Shown in pieces: positions 1-9,658 of a stretch of DNA of 64,000 nt. Made by a program: the position numbers and the translations under genes. Position 1 is the first letter of the stretch, and each line of letters opens with the position of its first letter. Where the stretch lies: assembly GCA_964016885.1 (NCBI GenBank), contig OZ024742.1, forward strand, positions 101,990,001 through 102,054,000. The letters are read 5' to 3'. The notes beneath the pieces are model-generated. The model had not been told where the DNA came from. It saw nothing but the letters and a program-made list of their open reading frames with translations, and did no database searches. The DNA is from Eledone cirrhosa. Lineage: Eukaryota.

Positions 1-584
1 AATAAAAATGGTATTTATAGGTCTCTACAAGTGGTAGGAGAGGGTGGGGAGTGGGATGGGTGTAGGTCATTGGTTGATAGAAAAGGGAATTCATTAAAAG
101 CTAATTCTACAAAGCTATAGTTTATTTTTATTTATTTATGTTTTTAGAGTAACAAAGGCAGACAGAATTCTATAAACATGTTCCGGATGGCATACCATTC
201 CTTGTCATTACGTTTCTCTTAAGCTAACAGATGTCTATAAGATCAGTGGGGGGTCAGTCATGGTAGATAGAATTAAAGAAAAGGGAGATTCTTTAAAAGC
301 TAAAATCATTAAGGTTCTACTAAGTGACAAAGGTTTAGAGAATTCTGTAGACAGATTCAAAATACTGAGTGCATATCTTACAATTATCTTCGAACTTCTC
401 TTAAACTAATCAACTATATGCCAAAAATCAACAGACACATTCACAAAAAAACATACTCACCCACACACTCGCGTGCAGCCATAAACACACATACACATAT
501 ACACACATAAAAACACACACATACACATATATATAAAAATATATTTATATACATACATATACATACACACATACATATATATAT

Positions 585-631
<47 letters not shown>

Positions 632-650
632 TATATACATACACACACAT

Positions 651-697
<47 letters not shown>

Positions 698-766
698 CAC
701 ATATAAATACACTCACACACATACATACAAACACAAATATACATGTGTATACATATACACATAAAT

Positions 767-809
<43 letters not shown>

Positions 810-818
810 CATACATAT

Positions 819-861
<43 letters not shown>

Positions 862-933
862 CATACATATATATATATATATATAAAATACAAATACACA
901 CACATATATACATATACACACACATACACACAA

Positions 934-968
<35 letters not shown>

Positions 969-1096
969 CATAAACAAATACACACACATATATACATATA
1001 CACACACATACACACAAACACACAAACACACACACACACATATATATATATATACATAAACAAATATATACATATACATACACACACACATACATA

Positions 1097-1144
<48 letters not shown>

Positions 1145-1162
1145 TATATAAGGAAAAAGCAC

Positions 1163-1230
<68 letters not shown>

Positions 1231-1285
1231 CACCATTCATACATATATTCATATATATATACATACACATATATATATATATATA

Positions 1286-1342
<57 letters not shown>

Positions 1343-1395
1343 ATACATACATACATATATACACAAATACATACACACATATACACACACACACA
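1..1395 (-). mobile_element. Inverted copy of the 3' UTR of Naiad-type PLE #1 (continues beyond the window start; resumes at 3250-3318)
   Basis: 1-440 is a near-identical reverse complement of ~7096-7535. The compound microsatellite 440-1395 mirrors ~6320-7095 and 3250-3318 mirrors ~6250-6320. Inverted 5' arms are typical of PLE insertions. Confidence 0.9.
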
Positions 1396-1580
1396 ATACA
1401 AAAGTGAGTTACAAACGAAACGAAATTTAATTTCGTTTCGTTATTTGTTTTTATCGTCTCCGCTGAACCGGTACGTACTCACGCTCTATGCAAATTAGTC
1501 TGCCCACTACTAATTTTCATAGAAAAAGCATATAACGATATGTGCTTTTACGATTCTCTAGAAAGGCCGGAAGATAGGTA

Positions 1581-1625
1581 AATATTGCTGATGAGATGTA
1601 ACAACATCGAAACTAGTCCAATATT
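1581..1625 (+). ncRNA. Type I hammerhead ribozyme (array A, copy 1)
   Basis: AATATTG-CTGATGA-GATGT aaca ACATC-GAAA-CTAG-TC-CAATATT: 7-bp stem I, intact core, 5-bp stem II, palindromic minimal stem III, GUC site. Confidence 0.93.
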
Positions 1626-2046
1626 CCTTGTCTGGCTTTCTGGAGAATAGAGGAAAGGTGTTTCCTCGAAAACCAGTATGACTCTAAAAACCGGTTTGTC
1701 TGTGTGTTTACATACAGAATAGCTGGACACTCACAGTAAAGTGTCCAGTGAAAAACTCGGTACATCTACATATGTACACGTGTGTGTATTCATATGCATA
1801 CTAGTATTTCAGTATACATATGTGGATGTACATTTTTAATTTAATTGTTTAAGCGTCAGTCATACAAAAGTGAGTTACAAACGAAACGAAATTTAATTTC
1901 GTTTCGTTATTTGTTTTTATCGTCTCCGCTGAACCGGTACGTACTCACGCTCTATGCAAATTAGTCTGCCCACTACTAATTTTCATAGAAAAAGCATATA
2001 ACGATATGTGCTTTTACGATTCTCTAGAAAGGCCGGAAGATAGGTA

Positions 2047-2091
2047 AATATTGCTGATGAGATGTAACAACATCGAAACTAGTCCAATATT
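2047..2091 (+). ncRNA. Type I hammerhead ribozyme (array A, copy 2)
   Basis: Same sequence as 1581-1625, offset +466. Confidence 0.93.
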
Positions 2092-2512
2092 CCTTGTCTG
2101 GCTTTCTGGAGAATAGAGGAAAGGTGTTTCCTCGAAAACCAGTATGACTCTAAAAACCGGTTTGTCTGTGTGTTTACATACAGAATAGCTGGACACTCAC
2201 AGTAAAGTGTCCAGTGAAAAACTCGGTACATCTACATATGTACACGTGTGTGTATTCATATGCATACTAGTATTTCAGTATACATATGTGGATGTACATT
2301 TTTAATTTAATTGTTTAAGCGTCAGTCATACAAAAGTGAGTTACAAACGAAACGAAATTTAATTTCGTTTCGTTATTTGTTTTTATCGTCTCCGCTGAAC
2401 CGGTACGTACTCACGCTCTATGCAAATTAGTCTGCCCACTACTAATTTTCATAGAAAAAGCATATAACGATATGTGCTTTTACGATTCTCTAGAAAGGCC
2501 GGAAGATAGGTA

Positions 2513-2557
2513 AATATTGCTGATGAGATGTAACAACATCGAAACTAGTCCAATATT
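2513..2557 (+). ncRNA. Type I hammerhead ribozyme (array A, copy 3)
   Basis: Same sequence as 1581-1625, offset +932. Confidence 0.93.
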
Positions 2558-2978
2558 CCTTGTCTGGCTTTCTGGAGAATAGAGGAAAGGTGTTTCCTCG
2601 AAAACCAGTATGACTCTAAAAACCGGTTTGTCTGTGTGTTTACATACAGAATAGCTGGACACTCACAGTAAAGTGTCCAGTGAAAAACTCGGTACATCTA
2701 CATATGTACACGTGTGTGTATTCATATGCATACTAGTATTTCAGTATACATATGTGGATGTACATTTTTAATTTAATTGTTTAAGCGTCAGTCATACAAA
2801 AGTGAGTTACAAACGAAACGAAATTTAATTTCGTTTCGTTATTTGTTTTTATCGTCTCCGCTGAACCGGTACGTACTCACGCTCTATGCAAATTAGTCTG
2901 CCCACTACTAATTTTCATAGAAAAAGCATATAACGATATGTGCTTTTACGATTCTCTAGAAAGGCCGGAAGATAGGTA

Positions 2979-3023
2979 AATATTGCTGATGAGATGTAAC
3001 AACATCGAAACTAGTCCAATATT
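2979..3023 (+). ncRNA. Type I hammerhead ribozyme (array A, copy 4)
   Basis: Same sequence as 1581-1625, offset +1398. Confidence 0.93.
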
Positions 3024-3244
3024 CCTTGTCTGGCTTTCTGGAGAATAGAGGAAAGGTGTTTCCTCGAAAACCAGTATGACTCTAAAAACCGGTTTGTCTG
3101 TGTGTTTACATACAGAATAGCTGGACACTCACAGTAAAGTGTCCAGTGAAAAACTCGGTACATCTACATATGTACACGTGTGTGTATTCATATGCATACT
3201 AGTATTTCAGTATACATATGTGGATGTACATTTTTAATTTAATT

Positions 3245-3293
<49 letters not shown>

Positions 3294-3319
3294 TATATAT
3301 ATACATAAATATATATATA

Positions 3320-5019
3320 AAGGTAATAGAGAGGGCACTGACTGAGACAAACGCGGCCGGAAAAGAAATCACCAAGTCCCTTAAATTACACGACCGAACC
3401 GAACCTTTAAGGGTAAAGACCCCGCACTTTACCCTGAAGGACCATAAGGGAAACTTCCTCAACAAACCATCAGTCAGAGTTATCAACCCCACTCGTTCTG
3501 ACATAGGCTCTATCAGTAAGAAGATCCTGGATAGAGTTCTACCATCATTGCGGGCAGCCTCACCACTTCCACTCTGGAGCAGAACATCTGAGGCAATATC
3601 ATGGTTCCAAAAGTTACCCGATAAACACCACACTCGCTTCCTGCAACTCGACATAGAAAACTACTATGCCTCTATCTCGGAGCCCCTCCTGAAGGACGCA
3701 ATTAACTTTGCCAGGAATTTTACCACCATTACCGATGCTGAGCAAGTTGTTATCCTCCACGCTCGTAAGACCTTTCTATACCACGATGGATCTTACTGGA
3801 TCAACAAGAAATCTCAGACCCCATTTGACGTTAGCATGGGGGCGAGTGACTCGGCTGAAATTAGCCACCTTGTGGGCCTGTACATCCTACATAACCTGAA
3901 GAACCTCTTTACCTGCCTAACGGGAGGTTTATACCGAGACGACGGCCTCTTCGCCCTGCATAAGGTTAACCCCAGAACCACCGATGGGTTTCGGAAAAAC
4001 TTAAGCTCTTCTCTAATCTAGGATTTAGTATAACTATAGATTCTAATTTGACTAGGGCCAACTTCTTAGATGTCACTCTCGACCTAGATACTTCCCTCTA
4101 TTACCCGTACCACAAACCTAACGAGTCCCTTAAATATATTAATGTTAATTCAAACCACCCCCAAAACATCACTGATAACCTAGTAAAAAGCGTCTCTATT
4201 AGAATATCTGGCCTCTCCGCCAACAAAGATATTTTTAATGCATCTGCCTCCTACTACAATGACGCCCTCGCCCGTAGCGGATTTAAAGATAAGATAACTT
4301 ACCTAGAAACCACCGCAAGATTGCAGAGGAGGAATAGACATAGGCAGATTAGCTGGTACAACCCTCCCTTCAATAGAGAGGTATCTACTCCGATAGCTAG
4401 GATTTTCTTCACTTTACTGAAATTACACTTCCCCATACAACATAGGTACCACACCATCTTTAATAAGAACACAATAAGACTGTCTTACTCCACCACACCT
4501 AACCTAGCTAGGAATATAGCCAACCACAATTCTAAAAAATTAAATAAGCCAACCACCTCCGAACCCAATCCCCGGACTGGGGCTCTATGTAATTGCCTAA
4601 ATAAGGAAGCATGCCCACTTGAAAACAAATGCCTCACAAATGATATCGTATACAAATGCGATGTCATCTCAGGCACCGAGGATTGCAAAAAAACTTACAT
4701 CGGCATGACCTCCAACAACTTTAAGACCCGTTGGTATGCCCATACCCACTCCTTCAGAAGACCGGATAAATCAAATCAGACAACACTCGCCTCCTACGTT
4801 TGGGACCTCAAAAGGAACTCCACCCCCTTCACGCTTAAATGGAAAATACTCCAGAAAGCGTGCTCTTACAACGGAGGACACAAGGGCTGCGACCTTTGTA
4901 TTTCAGAGAGCTACGAAATTTTATTCGCCAAGGGCCCGCTACTGAACAAACTCTCTGAACACTGCCCGAACTGCATGCACAAGAACTTTGCAACTTCAAA
5001 CACTTTAAGCCAGTGTTAA
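3320..5019 (+). pseudogene. PLE reverse transcriptase + GIY-YIG endonuclease, N-truncated, one frameshift near 4000-4020
   Basis: RT motifs LKDHK..F, RVINP, LDIENYY, MGASDSAEI, GLYRDDGL, NFLDVTLD; WYNPPF; CNCLNKEAC (CxCx5C linker reported for Naiads); IVYKC...YIGMT; CDLC; LLNK. ORFs 3218-4021 and 4048-5019 join across a frame change. Confidence 0.92.
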
Positions 5020-5199
5020 AGCCCGATGGCTAAAAACGACCTCCCCCTATTGGCCCCTATACCTCCTCCCCACCCTACCCCCACCCCTCCTCAACCTGAA
5101 ATACGGCCACTATGGTTATGTGAGTACCTCCTTCCTATCTACATTTTCTGCCTGTAGAGGTGTTTTTATGTGCCTGCATATATGCGTATATTTATTGAG

Positions 5200-5340
5200 T
5201 ACTTATTTATTTGTATGTGTATATATTTGTTTGTATGTGTGTATATGTATGTGTATGTGTATATATATATATATGTTTGTGTGTATATGTGTTTTATGTG
5301 TGTATATTTATGTATGTGTATGTATATGTATATATGTATA

Positions 5341-5390
<50 letters not shown>

Positions 5391-5440
5391 TGTATATATG
5401 TGTATGTATGTGTAGGTATGTATGTATGTATGTATATATG

Positions 5441-5499
<59 letters not shown>

Positions 5500-5518
5500 T
5501 GTGTATGTGTGTGTGTGT

Positions 5519-5555
<37 letters not shown>

Positions 5556-5789
5556 GTGTGTGTGGGCAGGTGTGTATATATATGTGTGTGTATGTATATA
5601 TATATATATATATATAAATATATATATATGTGCGTGAGAGAGAGTGTGTATATATATTTGTGTGTGTGTATGTGTGTATGCGTGTATATATGTATATATG
5701 TGTGTATATATGCGTTATATGTCTGTATATATATGTGTATCTTTATGTATAGGTCTGTGTATGTATGTGTATATTTGTATATATATGGA

Positions 5790-5824
<35 letters not shown>

Positions 5825-5911
5825 TTATACATATGCATGTGTATGTGTGTGTGTGTGTATATATATCTATATATGTGTGTGTGTGTATATATGTGTGTGT
5901 ATATGTATGTG

Positions 5912-5942
<31 letters not shown>

Positions 5943-6038
5943 ATGTGTATATATAGGTTGTATATATATGTATGTATATGTATGTATATATATGTATGTA
6001 TATGTGTGTGTGTGTATATATGTGTGTGTATATGTATG

Positions 6039-6071
<33 letters not shown>

Positions 6072-6260
6072 ATGTGTATATATATGTGTGTATATATGTA
6101 TATATATATATATATATATATGTGTATATGTATGTTTGTATATATGTTTGTATGTATATATATATATGTATATATATGTGTGTATATGTATGTATATGTG
6201 TGTATATTTATATATATATATATGTATGTATATGTGTGTATATTTATATATATATATATT

Positions 6261-6327
<67 letters not shown>

Positions 6328-6545
6328 ATATGTGTGTATGTATTTGTGTATATATGTATGTATGTGTATGTGTGTGTGTATATGTGTGTGTGTGTATATA
6401 TATATATATATGTATGTGTATATATATATATGTGTGTGTATGTATATATATATGAATATATGTATGAATGGTGTATCTCTCTCTCTCTCTCTCTCTCTCT
6501 ATGTATGGTGCTTTTTCCTTATATATGTGTATATGTGTGTGTGTG

Positions 6546-6578
<33 letters not shown>

Positions 6579-6704
6579 GTGTGTATATATATTTGTTTAT
6601 GTATATATATATATATACATGTGTGTGTGTTTGTGTGTGTGTATATGTATATATGTGTGTGTATGTGTATTTTATATATATGTATGTATATGTATGTATG
6701 TATG

Positions 6705-6735
<31 letters not shown>

Positions 6736-6744
6736 ATATGTATG

Positions 6745-6787
<43 letters not shown>

Positions 6788-6922
6788 ATGTGTATTTATG
6801 TGTATATGTATACACATGTATATTTGTGTTTGTATGTATGTATGTGTGTGAGTGTATTTATATGTGTATATATGTGTGTGTGTGTGTGTGTATATATATG
6901 TATGCGTGTGTGTATGTATATA

Positions 6923-6969
<47 letters not shown>

Positions 6970-7062
6970 ATATATATATATGTATATATATATATGTGTG
7001 TATGTATATGTATGTATATAAATATATTTTTATATATATGTGTGTGTGTGTTTATGGCTGCA
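5200..7062. repeat. Compound (TA)/(TG)/(TATG) microsatellite inside the PLE 3' UTR
   Basis: Seen directly; its distal part is mirrored in the inverted arm 440-1395. Confidence 0.95.
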
Positions 7063-7546
7063 CGCGAGTGTGTGAGTGAGTATGTTTTTTTGTGAATGTG
7101 TCTGTTGATTTTTGGCATATAGTTGATTAGTTTAAGAGAAGTTCGAAGATAATTGTAAGATATGCACTCAGTATTTTGAATCTGTCTACAGAATTCTCTA
7201 AACCTTTGTCACTTAGTAGAACCTTAATGACTTTAGCTTTTAAAGAATCTCCCTTTTCTTTAATTCTATCTACCATGACTGACCCCCCACTGATCTTATA
7301 GACATCTGTTAGCTTAAGAGAAACTTAATGACAAGGAATGGTATGCCATCCGGAACCTGTTTATAGAATTCTGTCTGCCTTTGTTACTCTAAAAACATAA
7401 ATAAATAAAAATAAACTATAGCTTTGTAGAATTAGCTTTTAATGAATTCCCTTTTCTATCAACCAATGACCTACACCCATCCCACTCCCCACCCTCTCCT
7501 ACCACTTGTAGAGACCTATGAATACCATTTTTATTTTTTGATACCC

Positions 7547-7597
7547 AGATTCCTGATGATTTCTAAAGAATGAAACAGTTCTAGTCCTGTAGAATCT
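7547..7597 (+). ncRNA. Type I hammerhead in the pLTR of PLE #1
   Basis: AGATTC-CTGATGA-TTTCT aa AGAAT-GAAA-CAG ttctagtc CTG-TA-GAATCT. Confidence 0.88.
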
Positions 7598-7679
7598 CAT
7601 CTATATTAAAACTTTTATACTCTGCTATGTATTGAGTACCTTACTTACTGTGGTTACCTCCGATTCAACCCGGAATAAC

Positions 7680-7727
<48 letters not shown>

Positions 7728-7996
7728 AGAAAAAATGAAACGAAATTTCATTTCCCACTCTTAGTACGGCTATTACTTAAATATAAGTATGTATACATAC
7801 ATACATATATGTATACAAACGTACAGTAGTATGTATATATATATATATACATACATGCACACATATATATATGTACGTATGCTTTCACCGAACATTTATT
7901 ATAATGCTCGGTGTGTATGTAAACAAACATCCCATATTAAGCCGTACGTAGTGTCTAGCAACCATCGTTGCTCGTTTGTTCAACACTGACAAAGGA

Positions 7997-8039
7997 ACTC
8001 TGTACTAGTTTCAAACTTATTAGCTATCGTCAGCAACGT
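7997..8039 (-). ncRNA. Type I hammerhead (family B), slightly mutated
   Basis: Reverse complement ACGTTG-CTGACGA-TAGCT aata AGTTT-GAAA-CTAG-TA-CAGAGT. Confidence 0.8.
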
Positions 8040-8442
8040 ATACCTTCCTGCCAGATTGTTGAACGTATATACTTACCGTATGCATATTAACGGCTGAGTA
8101 GCCCAATTTGCATATCGAGTGGGATGTTTGTTTACAAACACACCGCACATTATAATAAATGTTCGGTGAATCCATACGTACATATATATATGTGTGCATG
8201 TATGTATATATATATATATACATACTACTGTACGTCTGTATACATATATGTATGTACGTGTACATACTTATATTTAAGTAACAGCCGTACTAAGAGTGGG
8301 AAATGAAATTTTGTTTCACTTTTTCCCTTTATCGTTTTCGGTGCACCCGGCCGATTAACCCACTCGATATGCAAATTCGGCTACTCAGCCGTTAATATGC
8401 ATAAGGTAAGTATATACGTTCAACAATCTGGCAGGAAGGTAT

Positions 8443-8485
8443 ACGTTGCTGACGATAGCTAATAAGCTTGAAACTAGTACAGCAT
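8443..8485 (+). ncRNA. Type I hammerhead (family B)
   Basis: ACGTTG-CTGACGA-TAGCT aata AGCTT-GAAA-CTAG-TA-CAGCAT. Confidence 0.87.
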
Positions 8486-8707
8486 TCCTTTGTCAGTGTT
8501 GAACAAACGAGCAACGATGGTTGCTAGACACTACGGTTTAATACGGGATGTTTGTTTACAAACACACCGAGCATTATAATAAATGTTCGGTGAATCCATA
8601 CGTACATATATATATGTGTGCGTGTATGTATATATATATACATACTACTGTACGTCTGTATACATATATGTATGTACGTGCACATACTTATATATATATA
8701 TATATAT

Positions 8708-8884
8708 AAAATTTAATATAGAAATGGCTTCTACATGACTAGAACTGTTTCATTTGAAAGAAATCATCAGTCTTGTAGAAGCCATTTCTATATTAAATTT
8801 TGTATATACTCTATTAATGTATTGATTACTTCATCTACTGTGGTTACCCCCCCCCCCCCCCCCCCCGATTAAACCCGGGTCTCA
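8708..8884. mobile_element. Fold-back PLE pLTR remnant related to PLE #1, with an HHR core on the minus strand (~8725-8770)
   Basis: 28-bp inverted repeat 8708-8735 / 8774-8801. The minus strand reads CTGATGA-TTTCTTTCAAAT-GAAA-CAGTTCTAGTCATG-TA-GAAGCC. The tail resembles 7598-7680. Confidence 0.8.
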
Positions 8885-9658
8885 TATATATATATATATA
8901 AATATAAATTTAGGCCCAAATCACACTTGGAGTGGGGGATACAAGTCAAATTGGCTAGAGGAAGCCAATTCTAACCATGGTTTCAAAAACTCAGATTCAG
9001 CTTCTGGAATTTCAAGACATTGAAATAACTAATGCTGAGAGAACTGAAGTATATATACATGTCAATCCTGGACTCTAGAAATTAAATTCATTCAAGGCTA
9101 TTGATGTCATTGAAGGCATTAGTCCACTAATATTCGTATAATGTACAGATGTCCTGGTTTGGCAGTATGTAGGTGTGGTGTGGTAGTGTCTAGGTGTATA
9201 TCACCTTACCTACCTACTTGCTTACCTATGCAGCTCCCTACCCCTTACTTACCTCAGTCTACAATTGACTTTCATTCAACTTTATTGTGTGCCTACCCTT
9301 TAGCTACAGGATACTGGCTCCCATTAATCCTTTCTTCTTTTTAAAATAGGGGTTTGAGGAGAGGGGATGGGGGTAGAAGGATAAATCCCTCTCCTTTCCT
9401 CACACTCCCATGTTGTATATGAGGGAGGGGGTCTTTCCCCTCCTCAACTCTAGTTGCTGTAGTATTGTTTGTGTTATTTAAGTCAATACTGAGGGCTTTA
9501 GTTAAAGTGGTGGGTGTGTTGTGTGGGGGAAGAGAGTGAAGGGGAGGAGGGTTGATGGTGATAGAAAAAAAAATTATCTGCTTTTACTCTGTATGTTACT
9601 CCTCTTCCTTACCTCATCTTCCTACTCCCCTTCCACCTCCCTATTGTCAAAACTACAC

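Larger units (their letters stand above)
1396..3249 (+). mobile_element. Retrozyme-like tandem array A: ~4 x 466 bp, one hammerhead per unit
   Basis: Unit starts at 1396, 1862, 2328 and 2794; copies look identical by eye. Each unit has an HHR and several hairpins. Flanked by (CA)/(TA) microsatellite. Confidence 0.88.
3319..7680 (+). mobile_element. 5'-truncated Penelope-like element #1 (Naiad-like): RT + GIY-YIG, long microsatellite-filled 3' UTR, HHR-bearing pLTR, ends at (TA)n
   Basis: RT/EN ORF at 3320-5019, HHR at 7547-7597, tail ending at 7680 into (TA)n, and an inverted arm upstream. Confidence 0.9.
7723..8690. mobile_element. Retrozyme-like family B (~424-bp unit), fold-back insertion: minus arm 7723-8122, plus arm 8121-8690 (~1.3 units)
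   Basis: GGGATGTTTGTTTAC recurs at 8121 and 8545 (period 424). The left arm is the reverse complement of the unit. One HHR per arm; (TA)n on both sides. Confidence 0.85.

Noticed and set aside
441-1396. Long C/V/Y/I/M- or H/T/Y/I-rich ORFs here and at 5120-7118, 12655-14141, 48845-49829 and 58832-61584
   Set aside because: Stop-free translations of TA/TG microsatellites and minisatellites
1548-1730. 60-aa ORF repeated four times
   Set aside because: Antisense to the HHR in each 466-bp unit, non-ATG start, no recognisable motif and no counterpart called in homologous family B
1396-3249. CRISPR-like interpretation of the tandem arrays (also 62057-63745)
   Set aside because: Units are wholly identical with no unique spacers, there are no cas genes, and the context is eukaryotic
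3320-5019. Selenoprotein-type Naiad (in-frame UGA recoding)
   Set aside because: The ORF break is a frameshift, not a TGA; both Naiad ORFs end in TAA or TAG
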